From contig JAHFKV010000001.1 in the NCBI GenBank assembly GCA_023245155.1, forward strand, positions 527,323 through 591,322: a DNA stretch of 64,000 bases, written 5' to 3'. Both the position numbers and the translations under genes were made by a program. This document shows, piece after piece, positions 17,719 to 30,779 of the stretch. Below the pieces are notes generated by a model. That model was not told the DNA's origin. It was given only the letters and a program-made list of their open reading frames with translations, and did no database searches. Source of the DNA: Candidatus Staskawiczbacteria bacterium. GTDB taxonomy: Bacteria > Patescibacteriota > Minisyncoccia > Minisyncoccales > Staskawiczbacteraceae. Numbering within the stretch: the stretch's first letter is position 1; every line of letters begins with the position of its first letter.

Positions 17719-18992
17719 TTTTTAGTTTTTATCACCTTTGGCGCACCGAATTTATGCAATACTTTGGGAATTTTTATGCTGCCGTCTTTTTGTTGATAAT
17801 TTTCCAGAATGGCAATCAATGGCCGCTGGGAAAAAGCCGTGGCATCATTGGTGTGGACCAGCTGTACGGTTCCTGATGTACGCTTAACACGAGTTTGTAA
17901 GCGCCTTGCTTGATAGTCAGTCATATAATCAGCAGTATGGGTTTCACGATATTTATCTTGGCCAGGTAACCAAACATTAATATCAATACCACGGGCATTT
18001 GGTTTGCCGATGTCGGCTGTACATTTAAGAATAACCTGATAGGGTAAACCAAGTTGCTGCATTAAGTACTCTTGGATAGCAACCATAAAATAATGCTCTT
18101 TGGGCGATTCGTCCGCTACGGTTAAACTTTCCATTTCCAACTTATCAAATTGATGCATACGAATAATACCCTCCATATCTTTGCCATACGTTCCCGCTTC
18201 TTTTCTGAAACTTGTCGCATAACCAACATAGCGGATTGGGAAATCTTGCTCGCTAAGCGTTTCATTCATGTGCATGGTGCCCAACACATGTTCTGCACTT
18301 CCCTGCAGCCATAAATCCTCTCCTTCAATCTTATAGCGTTCTTCACGCGGTTCTAAGCGATCCATAGCATCATACGGCTCGGTTCTGATCATGAGGGGCG
18401 GCAAAATAGGCACAAACGGCTTGGTGCTTACTTTTAGTTTTGCAGTTTTGGCAATTTTCGCTAACGTTTTTTCATTGGTTAACACTTCTACTCCAAATTG
18501 CATTAATGCCCACTGAAGTTTCACCAAGTCACCCTTTAAATAAGCAAATCGTGCCCCGGTTACTTTTGCGGCCCGATCTTTATCAATTAAATCCAGCTGT
18601 TCGGCCAATTGCCAATGATTTTTGGGCGTAAAATTAAATATGGGTTTTTTACCAATTGTTTTTACAATTTGATTTTCATCTTCACTCGTTCCAACCGGCA
18701 CATCGTCCAAGGGAATATTGGGTATTTTTTTATATAGTGTTAAGCGCTCCTTATCTTCAGCCTCAAAATTTTCTTGGAGTGTTTTCAATTGCTCTTTTAA
18801 TTCCCTGCCCTTTTCTTGATCTTCTTTACCCAATTTATTCTTTTGGGCGCGCAAATTTTCAATTTGCTGTTGTAAATCACGCGTTTTTTTATCTAAATCC
18901 AAAAAAGCATCTACGTCAATCTTGATGTTTTTACTAGTGCAAGCAGATTTTACTTTTTCTGGATTTTCGCGGATAAACTTAATGTCCAACAT
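17715..18992 (-). CDS. serS: Serine--tRNA ligase
   Basis: Coiled-coil N-terminal arm (LDIKFIRENPEKV...), class II core motifs, ~425 aa. Confidence 0.9.
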   Translation of the reverse strand: MLDIKFIRENPEKVKSACTSKNIKIDVDAFLDLDKKTRDLQQQIENLRAQKNKLGKEDQEKGRELKEQLKTLQENFEAEDKERLTLYKKIPNIPLDDVPVGTSEDENQIVKTIGKKPIFNFTPKNHWQLAEQLDLIDKDRAAKVTGARFAYLKGDLVKLQWALMQFGVEVLTNEKTLAKIAKTAKLKVSTKPFVPILPPLMIRTEPYDAMDRLEPREERYKIEGEDLWLQGSAEHVLGTMHMNETLSEQDFPIRYVGYATSFRKEAGTYGKDMEGIIRMHQFDKLEMESLTVADESPKEHYFMVAIQEYLMQQLGLPYQVILKCTADIGKPNARGIDINVWLPGQDKYRETHTADYMTDYQARRLQTRVKRTSGTVQLVHTNDATAFSQRPLIAILENYQQKDGSIKIPKVLHKFGAPKVIKTKK

Positions 18993-18996
18993 GCAT

Positions 18997-19401
18997 TTAT
19001 TTGTTTAATAGTGAAGAATGATATTTTTCCGGTTCGAATGCGTTTAAGCGCTTAATTTCAATATGCAACCCCTGCTCTTTAATCCAATCTGCTAGTTTAT
19101 CCGTAAAATCTATTTGGTCGTATCCCAAACAAATCACATCCGGTTTTAACTCGCTAATAACTAAATAAGGGCTAACCCCTTCATTCCCCAGCCTTGCAAA
19201 ATCAACATATTCGCACTGCTCCACCGTTGCTAAACGTTCATTCTCATTTTGCTTGGGAAATCTTTTTTTAACTCGATTGACGGTTGAATCCCTGCCCACC
19301 ACCACAACCAAATAGTCGCCATGCATTTTCGCCTGTTTAAAAAAGTTTTTATGCCCTTCGTGTAAACCATCAAATGTCCCAAAAACGAGTACTTTTTTCA
19401 T
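18997..19401 (-). CDS. Cytidylyltransferase-like nucleotidyltransferase (TagD/glycerol-3-phosphate cytidylyltransferase-like)
   Basis: GTFDGLHEGH HxGH motif near N-terminus, 134 aa. Confidence 0.7.
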   Translation of the reverse strand: MKKVLVFGTFDGLHEGHKNFFKQAKMHGDYLVVVVGRDSTVNRVKKRFPKQNENERLATVEQCEYVDFARLGNEGVSPYLVISELKPDVICLGYDQIDFTDKLADWIKEQGLHIEIKRLNAFEPEKYHSSLLNK

Positions 19402-19516
19402 GATAATTGAGTAATTGTATCAAACTTGCCAAATCCCCTCAATCCCTTGACATAATTGAAATAAGATAATATGATTATAATTAAGAAAGGCAACCCCTAG
19501 ATCAAGGAGAATCTTC

Positions 19517-19711
19517 ATGGACATGCGCGATTGGCTGCCCACGATCTGTCCCAAATGCGGGGCCACAGAAATGGGTCCACTTTGGAACAATTGCCCCAGG
19601 TGCCAGCCCAAAAGCCTGGCTAGGCAAAGGTGGCTATTCCTGGGTATGCTAATGCTCGCCACCTTACTTATCTTCGCGCCGTGTATTATCGGTGCAATCG
19701 TCAATGGTTGA
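19517..19711 (+). CDS. GC-rich small zinc-ribbon + TM protein (probable acquired gene)
   Basis: CPKCG..(x14)..CPRC then hydrophobic helix WLFLGMLMLATLLIFAPCIIGAIV. ~55% GC; AAGGAG 8 nt upstream of ATG; opposite strand to all neighbours; followed by terminator. Confidence 0.45.
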   Translation: MDMRDWLPTICPKCGATEMGPLWNNCPRCQPKSLARQRWLFLGMLMLATLLIFAPCIIGAIVNG

Positions 19712-19715
19712 TTAT

Positions 19716-19750
19716 CATGCGTCAACCAAAAACCCGCCAGAGAGATTTGA
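19716..19750. terminator. Bidirectional terminator (AACCCG..CGGGTT with T/A runs) after the small + gene and after lysS
   Basis: AAAAACCCGCCAGAGAGATTTGACGGGTTTTAC. Confidence 0.5.
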
Positions 19751-19756
19751 CGGGTT

Positions 19757-21220
19757 TTACTTTGGCCTCATTAGTGGAAAAATCTGGGTTTCCCGAGCCG
19801 GTTTATCCATTAAAAAGGAGAATAATCTTTCACCTCCAATGCCAAACCCGCAGGTTGGTGGCATTCCATGCTCTAAGGCTTCCACAAAATCTTTATCAAA
19901 CATTTGAGCCTCTTCATCCCCTTTTTCACGTAATTTTTCTTGTTCTTTAAATCTTTCGGCTTGATCAATCGGGTCATTTAATTCGCTATAGCCATTACCC
20001 ACCTCTGACCCAGCCACAATCACCTGGAACCGCTGGACGATTTTTTCATTTTTTTCATCGCGCTTGGCGAGCGGCGAAACATCAACCGGTAAATTAATCA
20101 AAAATCCGGGCCCTTGGATATTTTTCCTGCAATACTTCCACAAATTATCAATGGCGCGAGTTTTATTGAACCCTTTTTTGTCATACTCAATTTTCAATTT
20201 TTGCAACTGTTTTTCCATTTCTGGCAGACTAGCTTCCATAATATCTATTTTGGCATATTTGCTAATCATAGTTTGGTAATCATACTTTTCCCATTTTGCA
20301 CCAAAATCTACCTCAAAATCTTTGATCTTAAACGTAAGCGTACCAAATGTTTTTTGGATAACGTATTTGTACATTTCTTCCACCAGCTCCATTCCCATTT
20401 CATAATCCGCATACGCCCAGTAAAATTCCATTCCGGTAAAATCCTGTAAGTGTTCGGCGTCCATTCCCTCATTTCTAAAAAGCCTGCCGATTTCAAACGT
20501 TTTTTCAAAGCCTGCCACCATTAATTGTTTTTGCCAAAGTTCACCGATGGAAATTCTTAAATGTAAATCTAAATCAAGTGCATTATGGTGCGTGGTAAAT
20601 GGCCGAGCATCAGCGCCACCAGTGGTGACTTCCAAAATAGGCGTGTCTACTTCCAAAAATCCTTTTTCTATTAAAAATTGACGCATGCTATTCCAGAAAA
20701 TGGCGCGCTTTTTCACCATTTCTTTGACTTCCGGATTAAACAAAATATCCAAATATCTTTTGCGTAACCTTTCCTCCACATCTTGAAGGCCATGCCATTT
20801 TTCGGGCAAGGGCAATAAAGATTTTGACAACATTTTGTAATCAGTGGCCTCAATTGTTTTCTCCCCCCTTTTGGTTTCCAGTAAAATGCCCTTGATTTCC
20901 ACGAAGTCGCCAATGTCAAAATGGTCAATGAAAAACTTATAGCCTTTTTCGCCAACCTTATCCTCTTTAATTAGGCCTTGAATTTTCGCATCGCCATCTA
21001 GAATATCTAAAAACGTGGCGCCTCCGTGTCCGCGCATGGCCATAATTCTACCAACCAGATATAATTCTGCACCTGACTTCGCCAGCTCATCAAATTTATC
21101 CAATGCTTCAGCTATAGAATGCGTCCGCTTGGTCTTTGCCGGATAAGCCAAAACGCCACTGTCTTGCAGTGACTTTAATTTCTCCAACCTCACTTTTTTA
21201 AGCTCATCAATCGTTGCCAT
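19757..21220 (-). CDS. lysS: Lysine--tRNA ligase (class II)
   Basis: OB-fold N-domain, class II motifs (FRNEG, GGGIGIDR-like GFGIGGERL), ~487 aa. Confidence 0.9.
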   Translation of the reverse strand: MATIDELKKVRLEKLKSLQDSGVLAYPAKTKRTHSIAEALDKFDELAKSGAELYLVGRIMAMRGHGGATFLDILDGDAKIQGLIKEDKVGEKGYKFFIDHFDIGDFVEIKGILLETKRGEKTIEATDYKMLSKSLLPLPEKWHGLQDVEERLRKRYLDILFNPEVKEMVKKRAIFWNSMRQFLIEKGFLEVDTPILEVTTGGADARPFTTHHNALDLDLHLRISIGELWQKQLMVAGFEKTFEIGRLFRNEGMDAEHLQDFTGMEFYWAYADYEMGMELVEEMYKYVIQKTFGTLTFKIKDFEVDFGAKWEKYDYQTMISKYAKIDIMEASLPEMEKQLQKLKIEYDKKGFNKTRAIDNLWKYCRKNIQGPGFLINLPVDVSPLAKRDEKNEKIVQRFQVIVAGSEVGNGYSELNDPIDQAERFKEQEKLREKGDEEAQMFDKDFVEALEHGMPPTCGFGIGGERLFSFLMDKPARETQIFPLMRPK

Positions 21221-21234
21221 TGCCGTATTTTAGC

Positions 21235-23160
21235 TTATTTATGGGTAAAATACCAGTATAAAACTTCGTTAGATACGGGCAAAGTGGCGGCCCGCAAGCC
21301 TTGCACCCCTTCAATGGTGGCCAAAAAAACAACTTGGGGATTATCATAGGGAGCGAAATTGGCAGACCAGGTATTATAATATCCTTTTCGGCCAGTTTCG
21401 GCCGTACCTGTTTTTCCGGCCACCGCTATTGGTAGCGTATTTAACAGATGCGAAGAACCATAGTCTTTTTCCACACCATCACGCATGCCTTCGCGCACCA
21501 CCTGTAAGTTAGCAGAATCAATAGAGACGCGCCCGTTCACTTTTGGCGTAAATTGCTGAATGACTTTTTGACCATCGGAAGAAATAATTTTATTGACAAT
21601 TTGGGGCTGATACAAGGTGCCACCGTTAGCAATCGCTGCATAGGCTGTAGCAACCTGCAAGGGCGTTACCTGTAAATCAGACTGGCCAATAGATAAGTTA
21701 TAAGTATCTCCATCCCACCAGTTTTCACCTTTGGCTTGCTTTTTCCAAGCCGGGCTTGGCACAAATCCTTTAAATTCACCCGGTAAATCAATGCCGGTTT
21801 TTTGTTCCCAGCCATACATGTCCAAATATTTTTTAATACCGGCCGGACCCAAACCTTTTTGATCGCCGTATCCGCCACCAACGGTATAAAAGTAAATATT
21901 AGAAGAAACCGCAATGGCTTTTCGCATATCCACCAAGCCATGTGGCACCACTCCGGCAAACTTGTAGGTCACCGATGGATCATTTTGGCTCTGGACAATA
22001 ATATAACCCGGGTCATTAATTAATTTAGTCGGACTAATGATGTTTTCCTGCAGGGCGCCAGAGGCTTCAAAGGGTTTTATAGTAGATCCTGTTGGATATT
22101 TGGAAGCAATAGCCCGGTTAAAAAACGGCTGATTAGGGTCATTAATCAGCTTATTATAATCAGTTTGGGAAATACCTTGAGAAAAAATGTTGTTATCGTA
22201 AGCGGGATATGAAACCAGGGCTAAAACAGCGCCGGTCCGGGGGTCAAGCGCCACCGCCGCTCCGCGTTTGGCGCCAATGTTTTTAATAGATTTTTCTAAG
22301 GCGTCATAGATGGTTTTTTGTAAGCCAGAGTCAATGTTAAGCACTAAATTGTCGCCAGCTGCAGGCTGGGCCAGCACCTTATCCCCCTTTTGGATGCCAG
22401 AAGCTGTCCTGATGATCTCGGTTTGCCCGGGGGTGCCACGCAGCTCTGTTTCATAAAACTTTTCTAAACCGGTTTTACCAATGTAATCAGCGGTGGTGTA
22501 ATTTTCAGCAGACTGCAATTCATCTTTATTGATTTTGCCATTGTATCCTAATACGTGTGAAAAAACTTCCCCCATTGTGTAATTCCTGACCGTGTTTTCC
22601 GCAATTTGACAGCCAGGCAATTCTTGGGCCCGCGCCTCTATCACCAGGAGTTTTTCTTGCTCTAAGTTTTGGGAAACAAGAATTTGGGGATCGGTGGCTT
22701 TTGCAATCTGGTTTTCCAAGTCCCCCGGAGCTAATTGTAATATGGAGGCCATGACATTAATTTCTTTCAGGGAATCTGTGGTAGTTTGCAGAAAGTGGTT
22801 TCTGTCGCACAATAAATCATAGGCTGGTGCATTGACCACCAGTTTTTTCATGTTGTTATCATAAATAATCCCCCGCTCGGGCCGGATTAAGCTGACGGTT
22901 CCCTTATTATTTTCACTGGCCACTTGCAGAGCGTGGCCTTCAAAGACCTGGAAATACAGAGTTCTGCCAAACAGCACTGCTGCAAAAAAGAAAAATAGGC
23001 CGAATATGGAATAAATGATTTTTTCTTTTATTTTGACTTCAAATTTCTTTTCAGAAATACCGAGTTCATCTTCTTTTTGGTGAGCCAAACTATCTAAAAA
23101 AACCTCATGAGTTTCGAGGTTACCACCCGATTCTTTGATTTTATACTTTTTCCCTATCAC
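21235..23160 (-). CDS. mrdA: Penicillin-binding protein 2 (transpeptidase)
   Basis: N-terminal TM, STIKPF (SxxK), SSN, KTGTA motifs, follows mreCD. Confidence 0.85.
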   Translation of the reverse strand: MIGKKYKIKESGGNLETHEVFLDSLAHQKEDELGISEKKFEVKIKEKIIYSIFGLFFFFAAVLFGRTLYFQVFEGHALQVASENNKGTVSLIRPERGIIYDNNMKKLVVNAPAYDLLCDRNHFLQTTTDSLKEINVMASILQLAPGDLENQIAKATDPQILVSQNLEQEKLLVIEARAQELPGCQIAENTVRNYTMGEVFSHVLGYNGKINKDELQSAENYTTADYIGKTGLEKFYETELRGTPGQTEIIRTASGIQKGDKVLAQPAAGDNLVLNIDSGLQKTIYDALEKSIKNIGAKRGAAVALDPRTGAVLALVSYPAYDNNIFSQGISQTDYNKLINDPNQPFFNRAIASKYPTGSTIKPFEASGALQENIISPTKLINDPGYIIVQSQNDPSVTYKFAGVVPHGLVDMRKAIAVSSNIYFYTVGGGYGDQKGLGPAGIKKYLDMYGWEQKTGIDLPGEFKGFVPSPAWKKQAKGENWWDGDTYNLSIGQSDLQVTPLQVATAYAAIANGGTLYQPQIVNKIISSDGQKVIQQFTPKVNGRVSIDSANLQVVREGMRDGVEKDYGSSHLLNTLPIAVAGKTGTAETGRKGYYNTWSANFAPYDNPQVVFLATIEGVQGLRAATLPVSNEVLYWYFTHK

Positions 23161-23678
23161 AATAATTTCAATTGGTTATCATTGCCATGAAAAAATATTT
23201 TTCTGCCTGCATAAAAGCCCAAAGCGGCAAACGGCAGGCTATACAGTAAGCTTATTGCGGTAATTACACCCGCGGAAAATTCGAAATTAAAAAGTAGCGA
23301 GGTTGCGTACAAGAGGATGTTGTATCCCAAGAAAGATACTGAAAATAGGCAAAGATAATAAAAAATAAGGTGACTTTCCCTGCCCTGAGCAAAAATATGC
23401 ATGACAAGTTTGCAAAAAAGGTAAATCAACAAAAAAGTGACGGTTGCCGGCCCAAAATACAAGGGTAAAAAAATGTCTATTAGTAAGCCGGCGGCAATAA
23501 TAGTAAAAAAGCTTTGCGGAGATACCGCTTGCGGTTCAAAAAATAGTAAGGTAAAGAACAAGGCAAAAACAAGGTTTGGGGTGGCACCGAATATGGAAAA
23601 ATATGGAAAAAAGCTTACCTGCAGCAAGGAAAAAACAACAAAAAACAAAAAGATAATTACATATTTTAACCAGTTCAC
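23157..23678 (-). CDS. mreD: Rod-shape protein MreD-like polytopic membrane protein
   Basis: 173 aa, 5 hydrophobic helices, between mreC and PBP2 with 4-nt overlaps. Confidence 0.45.
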   Translation of the reverse strand: MNWLKYVIIFLFFVVFSLLQVSFFPYFSIFGATPNLVFALFFTLLFFEPQAVSPQSFFTIIAAGLLIDIFLPLYFGPATVTFLLIYLFCKLVMHIFAQGRESHLIFYYLCLFSVSFLGYNILLYATSLLFNFEFSAGVITAISLLYSLPFAALGFYAGRKIFFHGNDNQLKLL

Positions 23679-24529
23679 TTCTTTAAATAATTAGTTATAA
23701 TAAAAACACTGTCAGTATTTTTGGGATTGAAAAAGGGCATGATTTGTGCGGTTTGGAACGCTTTGGTATCGTTGGTGCTTGAAGACTGCACCTTGCCCAC
23801 CAACAAATCTTTGGGGAAAATACCATCCTGAGCTGAAGTAACCAATACATCTCCTGGCTGTATCTTTGCATCTGAATTGACCAAATCCATGTAAACGGCC
23901 TGATTCCCGCTGCCTTTTACGGCACCGTATATTGGTGTTTGGACGGGATCGGTGACTTGAATTTTTACCGCCAAAGCACTTTTTTTATTGGAAATAAGTA
24001 CTACTTCCGAAAAATTCGGGTACGCCTTACTGATTTTCCCAAAGAGAACTTTTTCTTGGGAAATCACCGGCATGTTTTCAGAAATCCCATTTTTTGAACC
24101 CTTATCAATGAGCAAGGTGTCATTTTGGGTATCTAAAGCCATTATCCTTGCTTGGGATAACGTAAAAACATTGTCTTTGACAGCAATCAGCGCGCTTTGC
24201 AAATCTTGATTTCCCTTTATAGCTTCTTGAAGTAAAGCCAAACTGGCCAACAAGCGCTGGTTTTCTGTTGCCAAATTAGCATTATCTTTTTTTAAGGTCG
24301 GGAAACTTGAAAATGAACTAAAAAAACCAGCGGCGCCTTTACCTCCCTGTAAAAATATGGTTGAAATGGGAGAGGAAACATAAAAAAAAGAATTACGGAC
24401 TTGCTTTTGAAAAATGTTTAAAAAAATAATTAAGACCACAAGAACGGCCATTAATAGTACTATCTTCTGCCAAAAGAGATTTTGCCTGCCCTGAGCAGAG
24501 CCGAAGGGTTTCCTTGTATAAATATTCAT
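23675..24529 (-). CDS. mreC: Rod-shape protein MreC
   Basis: TM anchor, coiled-coil (ENQRLLASLALLQE), beta-rich C-domain; the ATG is 6 nt after a TAGTAT -10 (AUG-proximal TSS, leaderless layout). Confidence 0.75.
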   Translation of the reverse strand: MNIYTRKPFGSAQGRQNLFWQKIVLLMAVLVVLIIFLNIFQKQVRNSFFYVSSPISTIFLQGGKGAAGFFSSFSSFPTLKKDNANLATENQRLLASLALLQEAIKGNQDLQSALIAVKDNVFTLSQARIMALDTQNDTLLIDKGSKNGISENMPVISQEKVLFGKISKAYPNFSEVVLISNKKSALAVKIQVTDPVQTPIYGAVKGSGNQAVYMDLVNSDAKIQPGDVLVTSAQDGIFPKDLLVGKVQSSSTNDTKAFQTAQIMPFFNPKNTDSVFIITNYLKK

Positions 24530-24546
24530 GATTTAATACTACAGTT

Positions 24547-24580
24547 TAGCATAAAACAAAAAACAGGCCAAATGAGCCTG
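24547..24580 (-). terminator. Intrinsic terminator after 5S rRNA
   Basis: Minus-sense AACAGGC-TCATTTG-GCCTGTT + TTTTTGTTTT. Confidence 0.65.
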
Positions 24581-24586
24581 TTTTTT

Positions 24587-24715
24587 GCATTGAGTTCTCT
24601 GGTGGCGACTACCTACTCTCGCGTTCATCACACTACCATCGGCCTTGGGGTATTTCACTTCTGTGTTCGAAATGGGAACAGGTGGGACAACCCCGGTATA
24701 ATCGCCACCACAGAA
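24587..24715 (-). rRNA. rrf: 5S ribosomal RNA
   Basis: Reverse complement matches 5S consensus (CCCACCTG..CCCATTTCGAACACAGAAGTGAAA..GATGGTAGTGTG..GCGAGAGTAGG), helix I pairing TCTGTGGTGGCG/CGCCACCAGAGA. Confidence 0.9.
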
Positions 24716-24787
24716 CTCAATATTCTGTGGTTCATATATGTAAGTTTAAATACCTAAAATCTGTATCTATAAACTCACGCTAAAAAA

Positions 24788-28237
<3,450 letters not shown>

Positions 28238-28370
28238 TATTTTCTTGCGTAAGTAATAGATACAGATTTTATGTATCTGATGAACTTATATATATGCTTT
28301 GATTACCTTTTATCCTGTTAAATAAGACCCTTCTTAAAATTAACAGAATAGCAAATTTTCAACGTACTTG

Positions 28371-28396
28371 ATAAATAAAAAACCGCTATAAAGCGG
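28371..28396 (-). terminator. Terminator-like hairpin + U-tract inside the 23S leader (possible attenuator)
   Basis: Minus-sense CCGCU-UUAU-AGCGG followed by UUUUUUAUUUAU, between the rRNA promoter and mature 23S 5' end. Confidence 0.3.
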
Positions 28397-28478
28397 AATC
28401 CAGCTGCTAACACAAAAATTCAGACGTTATCCGCTTCGTTTTTTGATAGTGGTTAGTAATTGATTTACCATGTATCAC

Positions 28479-28508
28479 CAGTTTAATCTATTTGAAAAGC
28501 GGTGTCAA
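28479..28508 (-). promoter_or_regulatory. 23S-5S operon promoter TTGACA-17-TAAACT
   Basis: Plus tgtcaa 28503-28508; agttta 28479-28484. Confidence 0.5.
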
Positions 28509-28530
28509 TACCTGCGGACGAACCGGGGTA

Positions 28531-28566
28531 AAAAAAGCCCCCCGCCTAGGCGGGGGGCTTAATTTA
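28531..28566. terminator. Bidirectional GC-rich terminator (AGCCCCCCGCC-TAGG-GGCGGGGGGCT)
   Basis: 10-bp GC stem with A7 upstream and T-rich downstream; ends the upstream minus gene before the rRNA promoter. Confidence 0.65.
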
Positions 28567-28568
28567 TT

Positions 28569-29258
28569 TCAATGCTTATGATTAATTTTTTCCCACACAT
28601 CAGCAATCACTTCTTGCGCAGTTTCTTTGCCGCCCAAACCAATAGCAATAGCTATTCCCAAGCCCAGGGTACCAACAATCCCCCATACCATGGCCATATA
28701 CAATGTTTTCACTAATTCGCTGTTTGGCAATAACTGTTCCAAAATTAAAAAAATCGTAAAAATCCAAATCGCCCATCGCACAATGGAACCGGCAAGATAA
28801 GCATGGCCGATTTTCATCCGTTCCACGCTCACCCTGATTACTTTTTCAATAATGTCAGAAATAATCACGGCCACAACGAAAATCAGAGAAGCCACCACCA
28901 CGTTCGGCAGATAATCTAACACCTGGGTAAGAATCGTTCCAAACTGGGCCAAGTGCAAAATATCCACGGCAATCAAAAGCGACAAAATCACAAACACCCA
29001 CTTGAAAATTGCTCCAATGAATTCTGCCGGGTGTACATGAATATTTGCCTTTTGCAAAGCATGCTGCCAGCCTTCTTTATCAAATAACGTATTAAACTTT
29101 ATCGACTTTAAAATTTCTGTGACAATCTTTCCAATCCCCACAGAAATTAAATACCCTATCACAAAAACGACGATTGCCAATATCAGCCTTCCCACAAAAC
29201 CTACGGCGTCTTGTAAAAACGGCTGAATAACGGCTAGCGACCAATCGTTATAGTCCAT
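28569..29258 (-). CDS. Polytopic membrane protein with conserved TM-helix repeats (mechanosensitive-channel-related family)
   Basis: 229 aa, ~6 hydrophobic helices, preceded by the conserved leader cassette (copy b). Confidence 0.5.
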   Translation of the reverse strand: MDYNDWSLAVIQPFLQDAVGFVGRLILAIVVFVIGYLISVGIGKIVTEILKSIKFNTLFDKEGWQHALQKANIHVHPAEFIGAIFKWVFVILSLLIAVDILHLAQFGTILTQVLDYLPNVVVASLIFVVAVIISDIIEKVIRVSVERMKIGHAYLAGSIVRWAIWIFTIFLILEQLLPNSELVKTLYMAMVWGIVGTLGLGIAIAIGLGGKETAQEVIADVWEKINHKH

Positions 29259-29306
29259 GAATTTGGAACAAAGCGAGAAATTCGCAATAGTTGCGACACC
29301 TTACTT
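29256..29306 (-). repeat. Conserved 5'-UTR cassette, copy b
   Basis: Minus-sense AAGTAAGGTGTCGCAACTATTGCGAATTTCTCGCTTTGTTCCAAATTC-ATG. Confidence 0.6.
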
Positions 29307-29326
29307 TGTTTATTTAATAATATTCA

Positions 29327-29917
29327 TCAATTATCCTCCCAGACTTTGGGCAGGTCAATAGAAAGTTCTACACACTTTTGATCTGTAGCTGTCTCAAAGG
29401 TTAAGCCTGTGGCGCACAGGGCAATCGCCCGTTCATCGTCCCACTTGGGTCCGCCATATTTCACGTCGCCTACAATTGGTAAATGAGCAGCTGAAAGCTG
29501 TTTCCGGATTTGGTGGTACTTTCCTCCTTCTATAGTAATCTTCAACAAAGAATATTTTTCTTTTTTTACTAATTGGTAGTGCAGCACCATATCATCGTTA
29601 ATGAGAGTGTCTTGTTTTTTTGGTTCACCCACCACCATTGCATGATATATTTTTCCAATCTTCCGATTCCTGAATTGCTCCGAAAGCCGGTTGGCGCCCT
29701 TGCTAGTCTTAGCAAACAGCATAATACCTGAAACTGGTCTATCAAGCCGGTGCAATAACCCTAAAAATACATTCCCCGGTTTTTTGTATTTCTCTTTCAG
29801 ATATTTTTTCACGGCATCAATCATGCTTTCGTCGCCGGTTTTATCTCCTTGCGCCAAAACTCCCGCCGGTTTTACTACGGCAATAATATGATTGTCTTCA
29901 TACAAAACGTTGATCAT
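29327..29917 (-). CDS. RluA-family pseudouridine synthase
   Basis: HRLDRPVSGIMLFAKT catalytic-Asp motif, ~196 aa. Confidence 0.8.
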   Translation of the reverse strand: MINVLYEDNHIIAVVKPAGVLAQGDKTGDESMIDAVKKYLKEKYKKPGNVFLGLLHRLDRPVSGIMLFAKTSKGANRLSEQFRNRKIGKIYHAMVVGEPKKQDTLINDDMVLHYQLVKKEKYSLLKITIEGGKYHQIRKQLSAAHLPIVGDVKYGGPKWDDERAIALCATGLTFETATDQKCVELSIDLPKVWEDN

Positions 29918-30207
29918 CGTAGTAATTGCTGAATTCTTTCTGCTTCGCCCTCCACTACCGGCCCATCGTAGTCTCCGCTATGACCCGCTGAACCCTCGTA
30001 CGAAGGTTTTTTCTGGTCTAAGTGTAGGTTGAATGAAAAGTCATTTCCGTTTTGTTTGATATATGCGTGAAATCTTGGATAATCATTGCCTTGAATTTTT
30101 CGCACAATACTAGATTCGCCCGCATTCTGAAAATACGCCGGCTGATAGCCAATCTGTCGCATAATAGTATTGACGTTGTGTTGTAAGTTTTTTATTTCAA
30201 ATTTCAT
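29914..30207 (-). CDS. Hypothetical protein (97 aa)
   Basis: ORF in operon context overlapping the rluA-like start by 4 nt; no recognisable motif. Confidence 0.45.
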   Translation of the reverse strand: MKFEIKNLQHNVNTIMRQIGYQPAYFQNAGESSIVRKIQGNDYPRFHAYIKQNGNDFSFNLHLDQKKPSYEGSAGHSGDYDGPVVEGEAERIQQLLR

Positions 30208-30300
30208 TTGACAAATCTTATCACAAATAATAACTTATATCTAGCACTCCAATCTGTTCTCTCCTAACATCCAACTCACACACAAAACAAGGAAAGAAAA

Positions 30301-30657
30301 ATGAACCGAACCATTGCACGAAACGACCGATTGAAAGACGCTCTAGAGGAAGCTATCGGACAGCGACTACCATTCAAAAGAGTGGTCGATCAGGGTACAC
30401 TGGTAAATCTGTGGTCAACAATCTGTGACCTCTCGCAAGAACTGCAAGAGGCGCTGAGGAGAAACGAACAAAAAGTTTCCACAAAAAAACTCCTACGGAA
30501 GATCAATGCCCTTAAAGCGCGCGCTTCCAAATTGGCATATCCTCCTGGGCCGCCTTCGCCCCCGCCTCCACTTGGCCCATCATCACCAAAGCCGCCTACG
30601 GGGCCGGGTTCACCAGTGGCGGCATCTCCACCACCAGTTCGCCCAAAGGCAGCTTAA
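30301..30657 (+). CDS. GC-rich small protein with Pro-rich C-terminus (probable acquired gene)
   Basis: ~52% GC; AAGGAAAG purine tract 5-12 nt upstream of ATG; C-terminal PPGPPSPPPPLGPSSPKPPTGPGSP; own terminator; opposite strand to neighbours. Confidence 0.4.
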   Translation: MNRTIARNDRLKDALEEAIGQRLPFKRVVDQGTLVNLWSTICDLSQELQEALRRNEQKVSTKKLLRKINALKARASKLAYPPGPPSPPPPLGPSSPKPPTGPGSPVAASPPPVRPKAA

Positions 30658-30677
30658 TTCGTGCTGTCGTCCCTTGA

Positions 30678-30708
30678 TCCCACGGCATCGTTCGTGGGAT
30701 TTTTTTTA
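30678..30708 (+). terminator. Intrinsic terminator TCCCACG..CGTGGGA + T8
   Basis: 7-bp stem, 7-nt loop, TTTTTTTTATTT tail. Confidence 0.7.
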
Positions 30709-30711
30709 TTT

Positions 30712-30764
30712 CTTTCTATACCCTTCCATCTATTGCCTTCGGCATTATAAGTCGGGTATAAGTG
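30712..30764. repeat. 3'-UTR hairpin repeat, copy 1 (TATACCC...cUUCGg...GGGTATA)
   Basis: 53-nt element 15 nt after ychF stop; second near-identical copy at 40200-40251. Confidence 0.55.
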
Positions 30765-30779
30765 TTCGCTGCGACTCCC

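Noticed and set aside
19420-19725. ORF 19420..19725 (-) as the gene in the serS-lysS gap
   Set aside because: The opposite-strand ORF 19517..19711 has a zinc ribbon, a TM helix, an SD-like motif and a terminator, so it is the more credible gene; the minus ORF has no features.
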